A program made the position numbers and the translations under genes. Shown here one piece after another: positions 13,321-24,596 of a stretch of DNA of 59,520 nucleotides (its first letter is position 1; each line of letters opens with the position of its first letter). Under the pieces are notes generated by a model, which was given only the letters and a program-made list of their open reading frames with translations, was not told where the DNA came from and ran no database searches. The stretch comes from Catajapyx aquilonaris (Eukaryota), in the NCBI GenBank assembly GCA_000934665.2, contig JYFJ02002309.1, positions 1 to 59,520 on the forward strand, read 5' to 3'.

Positions 13321-13470
13321 TTTGGATACGGTTTCAATTTCAAACCTCGTCCTTTTTTTTCCTCCTCCCCTGCCCTCTTTTCAATTGGGCAATAATTTGA
13401 TTTTGGTTCTGTATAGCTTCTAATCGCTGTCGATTGGCTTTCGCAGAAACAGCTGGTTAAACATAAGACA
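13315..13470 (-). pseudogene. Possible C-terminus of Maverick PZ-like protein
   Basis: AKANRQRLEAIQNQNQIIAQL..G.G..KG.GLKLK, a basic Gly-rich tail immediately upstream of PRO, the usual position in insect Polintons. Confidence 0.3.
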
Positions 13471-14560
13471 CTACACTATTGTTTCTCCAACAGTCACCAA
13501 AAGAAACGATTTTAATTACCATACATATGTCTGAACCCGGAACCCATTATCTGAATGTCCTGGTCCCAGTTTTCCGGGAGGATTACCACCACTCTCCCAG
13601 CGCCCCGCAGATTTATGGCGACATGATGTTGCGGACAACGTACCACATCAACCCTTGTTGTACCGTGTAGTTGTATGGGTGGGAAGGTCCGTTGGTGGTC
13701 CTCTTCCTCCCGGTTGAACAGGGTATAGGTGAAAGTTGGGATAATGCGGTAGGGTGGTCTTTGGATCCAGCCAAGTTGCGAAGCCCTCGGTGAAACCCAT
13801 CCTCCAGCGGCTACATCTCCGGTAGAGGCATGATGAACTAGTTCGTCAGGTGTCTCCACACGTCCAGTAGCTGCTGATGTTCCAGTCCATTGTCGAGATC
13901 CCGGTGAGACCCATCCTCCAACAGCTTCATTTCCAGTGGAGGCATGATGAACTGGTGTAGGTAGACGAACATCTTCGAGCGTCTGCTCAGTAGCTGATGT
14001 TGTATCCATTGTTACCTTTTCACCGAATGCGGGCAAAACGATTCCGTCCTTATATAACCTCTAGCTTCTTCCTATCATAAATACACATACTGCACCTGTT
14101 CACTTCACTGAAGCGAATCCAACAGGTGACACATTTGTAACATGCTACTCTGAAAAAAAATATGGGATCGATAGATTTAGAATTCCTAAATCACAATACC
14201 AGAGTTTATTCAGAATCAGAATAATCAGATGTAGATTCCCGAAGTCCCAAATCACAATTACAATACAAAATAATACGAAAACAGTGTGTGCAGAATTTCT
14301 TCTCATGTTTTGAAGTACTTATACATGAACGACTGCAAGGGAGAGTGTAAAGGAAATCAAAAGTTTTATATGCGAGAAGATGGGGGAGGTATAATATAAT
14401 TTGATAATTTTCACTCTCAGGCATCATAATTATACGTTTTAAGTCGGTTATGAAGATGACACGATAAACAGACTTCAACTGAAGTATTGATGATAACAGG
14501 GAGCTGAAAATAAGAAAAAACAAAGGTTCCGATCACATTTCTTTTAATTAGAAATGAGTT

Positions 14561-15013
14561 TTACAGCAAGAGAGCTTGTTTAGCTGAATCCTCGATTGAT
14601 TTTAGCGCTTTCAACATTTGCGGTAAGGAACGCAAGGTAAACCAACCCCCCTTTTTCGGATTGTTGGGAAATCCATCAGGATACTCGTGAAAGTGAACGA
14701 TTGGTGTGGTCTTAAACATTTTGATAAGAGAGGATCCAATCGTTGTTGTACTTGATGACAGGTAAATTTTCCACAGCAGCAATCATGGTGTTAACTTCAT
14801 CAATCTTCATCTCACATGCAGTTAAGTCTGAAAAGCATTGTGTTAAAATAATGTCACAAAAAATGGTATCCAGTACTCACCAATAATCTTGGGCTTCTGT
14901 GCTTCATCCGGGTTCAATTGGTTCTTGGCCTTAACCTTCAACCCTTCCACACCGAATAACTTATTCCCAGATGTAGGGTGGGCAAAATCAAAAGATTGGA
15001 AGTTTGATACCAT
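14561..15013 (-). pseudogene. PC4/Sub1-like ssDNA-binding protein gene (2 exons, frameshift)
   Basis: TATA at ~15105, ATG at 15013, gtgagt..ttttcag intron, then LPVIKYNNDW..KMFKTTPIVHFHEYP..KKGGWFTLRSLPQMLKAL. Confidence 0.55.
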
Positions 15014-15548
15014 CTTAGGAGTTGTGTTCGACAGGCTCTGGGAGAACTGAGTTGTGCTCTACTGGCTGGTTGGAATAATCCAGTGCTCCTAATGTGTCCT
15101 TCTTATATCTACTAGCGCATACCGTGTTCCACAGGAAGTATTGTACAGATGGGAGAGTTACGGATTTAACGGATATTATCAGGAAGTGACATCCAGATGG
15201 GAGAGTAACGAACTTATTTGCAGATGGTAGAGTAACGAACTTATCAACAGGTGGGAAACTTCATATGACCAACGGACAGAACTTAAAAGAAGTGTAGAGT
15301 GAGGAATCAACTCATTCTGGTTGTAAAATGTTGTAATGACTATAATGGAAATGTTTCTTCTATAGGAACTTGTTTCCGGTCCCACGTCTCTTGCACATTT
15401 ATTTCCATATACAACTTCCTTTGTGGTTGGCCTATCGCTCATTCTTAAGCGTCGTCGAAGGGTGTAGCTATCATAAGCTATTACTTATTTCTTTTTCTAT
15501 ATTTCTAAGGGTCCTATACCCAGTTTTACCTATTTCGGTAACAATTTA

Positions 15549-15820
15549 CATGCTCTCCTTGGTCTGGTGCTGGTCGAAGTTAGACTGATCCAACGGCACC
15601 GTTAGCTGGGTATGGTCCTGTACACGTTCCTGTATGTCTATGTCAATCCGCTCATTCCCCTTGTCCCCGGCGAAGAGGGTGCTCACTTCACTCCCGAAGA
15701 ATCCTCGCTCTATGAACTCACTTACATAGTCCATCTTCCGGAACATCCCGTTCTCTGTCTTGGCTACCGGCCGCACCTTCCCTCCCTCCACCTTTTCCAT
15801 TACGACCATTTGTTCACGTA
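15549..15820 (-). other. Endogenous fragment of a toti-like (IMNV/Artivirus-like) dsRNA virus RNA-dependent RNA polymerase
   Basis: Stop-free MEKVEGGKVRPVAKTENGMFRKMDYVSEFIE..STLF..TVPLDQSNFDQHQTKE, i.e. RdRp motif F (K.E..K.R) and motif A (LDQSxFD) with the spacing I recognise from arthropod toti-like viruses. Confidence 0.7.
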
Positions 15821-15940
15821 TGAGGTTCGACCCCAATAAACAGAACCACCTGTACTGGCATGGCTCGAGTGAAACGACGGGAGGTGCGGAGTGCCATATA
15901 TCGGAGGAGGAAAAAAAAGGAGGGAGGTTACAAACGCGAA

Positions 15941-16300
15941 TTAGCTCCCTAGCATCCTGTGCTCCATGCAAAAGGCAACACGTCGCGCAAGATGCCAATC
16001 GACCGGCTCGGGGTCTATCAGAACATGGATCCAGTAGGACGCGCCCGGATCATCCGGCTCCACGAATTCCAGATAATAGTCCGCCAGGGGAGCCTCGTCG
16101 AATAAATTTACCAAAGCCTCCCCCATCCATCCGTCGCCGTCCTCCCAAAAGTCGTCGATACAGTAATACCGCCACGGACCGCCTCCCGGGCCCCAATCCA
16201 AGTAAAGATTTGGGAGAGGCCTCTCGTTAAATAAATTTACAAGCTCGCAGCCGTCATATTCCGCCTCGACAACGTCGCTAACAATGCGACACCATCCAAC
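15941..16300 (-). pseudogene. 'NLF' orphan gene copy (GC-rich variant)
   Basis: YDGCELVNLFNERPLPNLY / GPWRYY..WMGEALVNLFDEAPL; closest to 18268-18609. Confidence 0.6.
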
Positions 16301-17502
16301 CCCGCCTTCCCCCTCCTCCTCATCTCACACCTCACAATTGTACACCTCCAGCAAGTAGCCCAATTAGGAACTTGTTTCCGGTCCTACGTCTCTTGTACAT
16401 TCATTTCCATATACAACTTCCTTTGTGGTTGGCCTATCGCTCATTCTTAAGCGTCGTCGAAGGGTGTAGCTATCATAAGCTATTACTTATTTCTTTTTCT
16501 ATATTTCTAAGGGTCATATACCCAGTTTTACCTATTTCGGTAACAATTTAAGTCTCACTCCTTACTTCTCATGTAATCGAGCCTAATCCAAAATTCCATA
16601 GTTCAAATATAGCGATTCAGGCACATCTGAAAACATCCCACTCCGATTACAGGAGGGGACAGACAAATCAATTGGAATCAGGACCCCTTCAAGAGGCACC
16701 TCTGCTGGTCTTGGACTAATCGGCTGTTGTTCCGTCAGAGCCCTCTGCTGGATTTCCCGCAGCCCGTCTATTTTGTGGATCAATTCCGTAACTACCTTAA
16801 ATATATGATTTAGCACTTGGGCAATCGCCAATAATTTGCTCCCGACTTCGGTCATGGCCAAGGTAATCTCATGTAGACTGACCACCACTCTATTCACCTA
16901 CCTGTTAGCGTAAAACGGCGTCCCTGGCTCCTGAGATCTTCCTCCATTTTGTCTCAACTCATTCGGAATCTATGAACGCAGGTTTCCGCAAAATCCTACT
17001 CAATCATCAGACCATCGATCTTCGAATCGTACCAGACCATTACGGACGTACGGCCCTACGCATCTCGGGTTGTTCCTGTAGCCACTCTTCGACAAGAGCT
17101 CTAGTCTCCTCTTCTGCTGTTGCAGGAAAGTTGGACATATCTGCCGTATCTGCTGTTGACATTGCACTGAGAGTCTGGTCTCTAAATTGTGTCACCTGTC
17201 CCTCAAGAATACCTAACGTATTGGTCATGTATAGCAGAATGTCTGCTATAACCCTCATATTGTCACTGAGGATGTCGACTATGTCACGCAGGTGCCTCGT
17301 TTCCTGCCTCAGGTCCGATATCGACTGCCTCACGAAATGGGAATAGCCGTCCAGGATTCCTACTTGTTTTTTCACACAGTGGGGTCGCACCTAAATTTTG
17401 TGAAGTTTGGATTATTACAAGCTTACCCGTCACGTCAATGATATAGTCAGTACTGGTTAAACTTCGCTGTTCTTTCTGGATGTCATGTCATTATTATTAG
17501 TG

Positions 17503-18609
17503 TTATTGCGAAGAGGGGAGGGCTATCGGAACGTGCTGCAGGAAACATTTTTTCAGAGAATTATTCGTCAGCCCTTTGAACAAATCGCGATACGCGACCA
17601 TTTCCGCAGACAGGCCGGAGGCGGCGCGGAGTTGCCGTACCAGCGACACCAACCGCGGGGCGGCATACCAGCCCTCCGGCGTCATCCGGAGCAAGGCGGG
17701 GTCCTGCTCTGGCAAATCTTCGGAGGCGCTCTCCCGCTGGCAGAGTTCCGTGTCCATGTGGTATACCGCCCGGCAAAGAACCATTTTCTCGTAGCCGATC
17801 ATCTGAAAAGAAATGTTTTAGTATCTGGGGCGAGACTCTGGGCGGGGCGATACTCACAATTCCAGGCACAATGGGGCCGCGAGAGAGCCATGAGACGCCG
17901 CTAAAAATATCCAAGGAGGCCTTTTTTTGCACCCTACACGTGCATGCGAAGGAGGGGTACGCGCATTAGCTGTAGGTGTGAGCCAAGCCAGCTGGCGCGA
18001 GTCCCGGGTCAGTCAACACCTCGTGACGATTTTTCCAGACCCCCATCACCTTTTCGCTCTGACGCAATTTAAAACAATTATGAGGCTCTACCCCAAGATA
18101 CAGAACGACTTGTACGGACATGGCTCGAGTAAAACGGCGGCGGTGCAGAGTTGGCATTATATATAGAGAAAAAGGGAGGAGACGACCACGGCTGGAAATA
18201 GTCAACGCGGCAACCCCCCAGGAAAAATGATAATGCTCCAATGAATGGGGGGAAGGGGGTTGTGTCTTTAGCCCCTCCAACCCTGCCTCCACCCAGTGAA
18301 ATAATACCAATTAATCGGGCCGGGCTCGATGGGAACGCGTTCCCAGCAGGGCGGGAAATCCTTCCGCTCGTATAATTGTAAGTAATGGACCTCCAGCGGC
18401 GTTTCATCGAATAAATTGACCAAAGCCTCGCCCACCCAGTCGTCGTCATCCCCGTTAAAATCCAGATCGATGTCGTTATAACGCCAAAAACCGTGGGCCG
18501 AATAATCCAGGTACAAATTTGGCAAGGGACGCTCGTTAAATAAATTTACAAACTCGCCACCGTCAAATTCTGCTTCAACTACGTCAGAGGGAACGCGGCC
18601 CCATGTCAC
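17503..18609 (-). CDS. NLF gene (18268-18609) followed by GVEPH/YRDLF gene (17503-18121)
   Basis: FDGGEFVNLFNERPLPNLY; MSVQVVLYLGVEPHNCFKL; GWYAAPRLVSLVRQLRAASGLSAEMVAYRDLF. Same gene order as 3240-5100. Confidence 0.65.
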
Positions 18610-18934
18610 CCGGACGGCGCCCTCCCCCTCCTCCTCCCAATAGGGGTCAAGGTCAATAACTTCTAGCTACCATCCGGACTCTGGCTCTTTGTCGTAGAGG
18701 TTGGCCAACTCGTCGCCGAAAAGCCGATCAATCGCGTTGGCTCCTGGAAAAAGGCGCGAGCCGGTAACGACGCAGTGCAGCCGAACGCGGCGATGTATTG
18801 CTGGCAGGGCATTATAAAGCACTCGTTACGGAGGCAAACCTCCAGGTGCACAATGTCACAATGGGAGCTAAACGAGGCAAGGTGCCAAGAAACGGGGCGA
18901 AAAAAGAGGAGACTGGCAGCTACTTATCGCCCGA

Positions 18935-19180
18935 TTTATTATTGCCGTTTTCAACGCCTCCTGAGTCCCCTTGAACGCGCGTATCATGTGCGGAATTTTT
19001 TTATAGTGAAACCACCCCCCGCACCTCCCCCACCCAGCAAAATCTCCGCCCACAAACTGACGCACGTGTATGTATGGGGTGTTATTGTACAATTTTGCGA
19101 CGCTATACCAATCATTGTCGTATATCTCAATGGCCGGAATCTTCCGCCCTATGTTGCCCCTGCTGCAATGTTCCACCGTG
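18935..19180 (-). pseudogene. PC4-like domain fragment
   Basis: IPAIEIYDNDWYSVAKLYNNTPYIHVRQF..GRCGGWFHYKKIPHMIRAF, a clear homolog of 37285-37510. Confidence 0.6.
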
Positions 19181-20980
19181 TGGCCCCCATGTTGCCCTGC
19201 CTCCTGGTATCGCCATGCATGACCGGGGTCCCCTGCCCTCGCCTCATCCGATGTCCCTGCCGCGCTCCATGTCGCCCGTGTTGCGGTATGTTATGTCTTC
19301 ATGCCCATGTCGCTCGGTTAGCATCCTTCATGTCTCCATGCCGCAAGTTGCCCGGTAGTGCCATGTCGCCCGGTTAGCACCATGCATGACCAGGTCATTG
19401 CCATGTCGCCATGTCCCCGCCTCACCCTGGTCCATGTGACATAACCATCCCGGCCCTAGTCGGCCTCTTCATTCGCCTCATAACGTGGCTTATTGTTGGC
19501 AGTTCATGCTTTGCTCTCCTGCAAACACTTGAAAATGTGTTGCCGGGGTAGCAGAGTAATAACCTGCCTCCGACCACTCCTATATTTCTTGTCGGTTTTG
19601 GGCCGTCCTGACCCAACGTCCCGCTCCTTGGAAGCCGTGTATTGCACCTCCGCATATAAGGTGGCGGCGCTGGAGGAAGCCCCGTCGCGTGAAGCGTGCC
19701 AAAAGGCGGCGAAATCTTGGTCCTGTTGGTGGGCGGAGCCTTTGCCACCTTGTAGCCAAGTGTTTATTGCCTGGACAAATAAAACGCGCGCTGTGTTGCA
19801 CAACTCCGGATGAGTGGGACATTATACGTGAGCATCATTTGGCTCCCTACTCATCCTCGCAGCGTGCAACTCCTCCATCATCTTCATCTTGGCTTGGTGG
19901 TGCTCGAGGGCCATCCTCCTCTTATCTTCTACCAGCCGCATCTTTGCCTCGTGCAGCTCCCGCTTGCGGGTTTTCTGTAATCAGATATATGCTCTTGACT
20001 TATATTGCCATGCACTATATCGTTTTTCCCTATTTCATTCATATGAAATTAGGTGATGTAGAACTGCATTCATTGCATACGGTTATATAAATATCAGGAA
20101 ACATCATTTAGTAATTACGGTGGTTAAGAAACAATGTCATTCATGCGAGTTAGAATGTAATAACTTTCTTTTCACAATAGACATTTGGCTTACCTTCGCG
20201 AGTAGATGCGGATGTAGATGGGTGTGTAAATCGGTGCACCCGCAGTTCATTCGCTGTTGGGAAGAATTGGGTGCACCCATCGCAAAGATAGACCGGGGTA
20301 AACACCGATCGTTCGGCTCCTGATGGTTGAACAGTGTTGCTCATCCCGCGCCCCGCTCCCTGCATTACTATCCCACCTAGCGATGGCAAGCAAAGAACTT
20401 TTCGTTGTGAGATTGTCCCGTTCTCATTGACACTAAATATTTTAGCTATATATTGCTGGCGACTTACGATTGTGGAGTGCTGGCACAGTTAGGCTGTCGA
20501 TGTCGGTCGTGGATTGTGATCGATGTCGGTCGTGGATTGTGATTCTGAGCCCAATCGGGCCGTGCTTTTATACCCGTTTCACGTCTGGGTTTTGTGGAAA
20601 AAACAAGTTACAAATCGTCCCCTTGGAAATGAATTATGGTACCTCAATTTTACAACTTTTCCAGGAGAGCAATTGGAAAATATTGCAGATCTTAATTATA
20701 GCTTTTGGCAACAAGGATAGTAGATATTGTTCGTTTTTTTGACGGATTTGCATGACAGGCACAGCTATAAAGACTACCAGCTCAGTGGTACCTGAAATGA
20801 AGTCTTATTGATACAATAATTAATTGATTTATACACTTACCTTAGTTCACCGGCACCACATCTGTGTTGTTACTTACACTGTTGGAGTACTTACACTGCG
20901 TAGTACAGTACAAAGGACAGGAGGGTTGGAATGAATGAATAAATAATCTTTTTCATCAATTGATATTTATTGCACTAGCG

Positions 20981-21629
20981 TTAGTCATCGCTGTCATCGG
21001 TTGTTTCATCCCTTGCATGGCTTACTTTAAGATTCTCAGAAAAGCTGTGGTATGAAGTGGGAATCGTTCGTGACCTGCAAAGTCTGAGAAGGTCCTCTTT
21101 CTTCGCTTTGCTAATGGTTAGTGGGCCTGAATCATTTAACTTAGTCAGTTCAACTTCAGCTACGTTGTTACAGGAAGTCCTCTGTCGAGATCCTACTTTG
21201 CTGTAAACACACAATCGTTTGAAATCAGCTTGGTCTAACTCTTCTTTATAAAAAACCATTCCTGGTTCCTCCTTTCTAACCTGAATCCATTTGATCCGAA
21301 GCCATGGCACAGTACTATGGTCTGTCGCTGTAGTCTTATTACGCATAACAGTAGCGCTGAATTTCTTAAAATCTATGAAATCGGATAAGTCCATTTCCTT
21401 CACGTCATACATTGGGGAAGTACTCCTAGCAGTTCTGGCAACGTGATACCACCCTTGTGGTGAGTATATCGGTACAGATTTTCCTCTTTCCTCAATGGCT
21501 GAGTGGACACTATCACACTCCATCTCTGAATGGCCTGACTCCATAAATTTCTGGTTTATCACTTTGATAGGTAAGCATGTAACGGCCCGCAGGAACATGG
21601 CTGTATTGATGGAATTGCGATTTTGTACC
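20981..21629 (-). pseudogene. Sola1-like transposase C-terminal catalytic part
   Basis: QNRN...KFMESGHSEMECDSVHSAIE..IYSPQGW..V.EM..DF.DFK..W.RIKWI..ISKAKKEDLL.LC..IP..YH.F. Confidence 0.75.
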
Positions 21630-22214
21630 TGATGACAGGTAAATTTTCCACAGCAGCAATCATGGTGTTAACTTCATCAATCTTCATCTCACATGCAGTT
21701 AAGTCTGAAAAGCATTGTGTTAAAATAATGTCACAAAAAATGGTATCCAGTACTCACCAATAATCTTGGGCTTCTTTGCTTCATCCGGGTTCAATTGGTT
21801 CTTGGCCTTAACCTTCAACCCTTCCACACCGAATAACTTATTCCCAGATGTAGGGTGGGCAAAATCAAAAGATTGGAAGTTTGATACCATCTTAGGAGTT
21901 GTGTTCGACAGGCTCTGGGAGAACTGAGTTGTGCTCGACTGGCTGGTTGGAATAATCCAGTGCTCCTAATGTGTCCTTCTTATATCTACTAGCCCAAACC
22001 GTTTTCCACAGGAAGTATTGTACAGATGGGAGAGTAACGGATTTAACGGATATTATCAGGAAGTAACATCCAGATGGGAGAGTAACAAAATTATTTGCAG
22101 ATGGTAGAGTAACGAACTTATCAACAGGTGGGAAACTTCATATGACCAACGGACAGAACTTAAAAGAAGTGTAGACTGTAGAGTGAGGAATCAACTCATT
22201 CTGGTTGTAAAATG
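21630..22214 (-). repeat. Duplicate of 14753-15331 (PC4-like gene promoter plus exon 1), fused to the Sola fragment
   Basis: Near-identical sequence, including three CAGATGG(G/T)AGAGT(A/T)AC repeats. Confidence 0.9.
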
Positions 22215-22356
22215 TATCTGTGCCAGTTTGTGGTCATAATTCGAGGACAGAATACGCCTTTCAATTACATCTCTACGATGCTCACATTTGTCGTATATGT
22301 GGGGAAAAAAACAAATATAGTGTACAGGGCCCAGCATAAAGGCGCTACGGGGCCAT

Positions 22357-22600
22357 ATGGGATGGAAGGACTGTCCAGAGGTCGTGGAACAGTTCTGTCC
22401 GAGATTTTGGAGACGGAGGGCACTGTCCCTCTCCTCCTTCACAAAACTGAAGGAGCTTAGTCTCACGGACTCCACCGGGGTGTCGTATGTCATATTGAGG
22501 AACATTGGAGATCACCTACATTCCCTGAAAACTTTAATTCTTAAAAGATGCCAAAACATAACAGACGGTGGCCTGCCTTCACGACATCAGTTGACGACAA
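22357..22600 (+). pseudogene. Leucine-rich repeat (F-box/LRR, AMN1-type) fragment
   Basis: FTKLKELSLTDSTGVSYVILRNIGDHLHSLKTLILKRCQNITDGGL fits LxxLxLxxCxxITDxGL. Confidence 0.5.
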
Positions 22601-23454
22601 TACGAGAAGACCCATGGTCTTGGTTGCATAATAATTGATATTCAAACCGTAAGGTTAACGATTTTCATTGTACAAGCCTGACTTCATAATGACTGGGAAT
22701 TAACCTAAGATTAGACCGTACCCCAAATAACAATAAAACATATCGAACGTCCTCCTAAGTTGGGTTTTACTGAATGAGTTATTGGCAATATCGGCTTATC
22801 ATGTAGTCATACTGAATGGTCATATGCATATATTAAAGGCAATAAAAAATGTACATATATGCGTGATATGTCAGTCCTGGGTTACTTGACAGGAACTGAA
22901 TCATTGACACCTTCATACTTTGCTCGGTCCAACGTGGACTTAACCTGAGTTGGAGTTCAGTTTGGAATCGTGCTGAAGTGGCAGGGTTGGAGGATTTCAT
23001 CCGTGCATCAGCGGGGTCATCTGTGAGGCCTGTTGGGGTCTATAAAGACGGTTCCACTCGTCTGTTGTGCTTGTGTCCCCCTCTTAATGGCACGTTCTCA
23101 GGCTTCACCCTTCCACGGCGTTGCTCATTCAGCAACCCTGGAATGGCTGCACAGTCCAAAGACTAAGGCGTGGTCGCCTTTGTTCACCCTCATAGTGTTT
23201 CTGCAACCACTCTTAAGGCTATGATTAATGTTGTGGAGATTTGACACGATGGTGGTCGTGCTGCATGACTATATGCTGGCAGAAAATCTGCTGACAGGGT
23301 GACGCCTTGCATCCAATTTAAGTCCCAGGGGCACGGTTTCAACCACCATAGTGACCTGTCGTGTCAAACTTCCAAGCAGCTGGTTATACATGTACATTGG
23401 AGATTAAACATTTGGACAAAGGGACATTACATACACTGAGGCCAAGCGGGCGTA

Positions 23455-24365
23455 TTATTGCTTTTTATATGGTGAATACTTTTGGGGTGGTTTTCTGTCC
23501 CGTCCACTTCGTCGTGGTTCGGCACGACAGTCTACTGGGTCAGCTACAGCTGGACGCCTTTTGGGAGGCACAGGAGGAATGTCCTTTTCGGGACTGGATC
23601 GAGGCGACGGGGTTTCCGGAGCCGATTCTGGTACTGGCTCATCTGATTCAAATGCCTCAAATGGTGGTGGACCTGTATGTCCTCTTATGGAGGGGAGAAT
23701 TATGGATTCGTCCGGGTCAAACCTAATGTCCGAACGGACAGTCCGTTTACTCTCTGCTCGAGTGACTCTTTTCGGACGTGATTCCTTGGAATCTGGGATA
23801 TTTGCACTTTCATCTGGCACCGGAGCCTGGTCCCAGACAGGTTCTGGGAACACTTGTCTCTCAACGTGCTTTTTCAGACGATTCACGTTGACTACCTGTG
23901 TGGCTTTGCTCCCCGTAAGTGGACGAATCTCCATGACAACCGGGCCTAATAATCTCACGATACGGTACGGCCCTGTCCACAGTCTACTGAGCTTCTTGAC
24001 TCTATTCTTTTTCAATTGTGGGACAAAAAGCCAGACAACGTCGCCTACTTTGAATCCACGGTCTCTTGCCTTTCTGTCATAGTACTTCTTGTTTTGATTC
24101 TGCCCTGCCTCCAAGTGCTCTTTGGTTCTTTGGAATATTTCTGGCACTTTCTCAGCTATTGTTTGCTTGTAATCATCATATGCTCGATAATTGGGCCCTG
24201 TGGGCTCAAGATTTGCTGCCAATGGCAGATCCATATCCCTGGCTAGCAATAGGTAGTGGGGGGTCTCTTTTGTAGGCGAATGGACGGCACTACGTATCGA
24301 CATAAGTACAAGGGGCAACAAAACATCCCAATCAGATTGTTCCTTTGACACCTGCATGGACAAAA
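23455..24365 (-). pseudogene. Ty3/Gypsy integrase C-terminal half (GPY/F module)
   Basis: DWDVLLPLVLMSIRSAVHSPTKETP..KKYYDRKAR..FKVGDVVWL..KKLSRLWTGPYRIV..VNVNRLKK..PRRSGRDRKPP. Confidence 0.9.
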
Positions 24366-24429
24366 TTCTGGAACAATGATACACAAATGTTAGAACAATG
24401 ATTTATTTAGACATAATTGAGGCAATGAT

Positions 24430-24580
24430 AGGTAAGGAAGGAAGCGGGTGTCGCCTATAATTATGGTAACGACTCCGGAATTATCCTGCGATGACCATGG
24501 GAAACCACAGAAAACAATGATCAGGGTCGCCGGCCTTCGGGATTCGAACCCAGGACCTCCTATCCACTACTGCTTCGGTT
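24430..24580 (-). mobile_element. tRNA-derived SINE fragment
   Basis: B-box GGTTCGAATCC on the minus strand, followed by the TTTTCTGTGGTTTCCC core typical of insect SINEs; no complete cloverleaf. Confidence 0.55.
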
Positions 24581-24596
24581 GATTTATTTACATGGT

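Larger units (their letters stand above)
15363..16550. repeat. ~185-bp direct repeat pair (15363-15548 and 16365-16550)
   Basis: Near-identical taggaacttgtttccggtcc...cggtaacaattta flanking the RdRp fragment and an NLF/GVEPH piece. Confidence 0.85.

Noticed and set aside
15546..15998. 150-aa ORF as a single gene
   Set aside because: Chimera of NLF/GVEPH-region sequence read out of frame and the RdRp fragment.
24520..24570. tRNA gene
   Set aside because: Only a B-box in a SINE context; no full cloverleaf.
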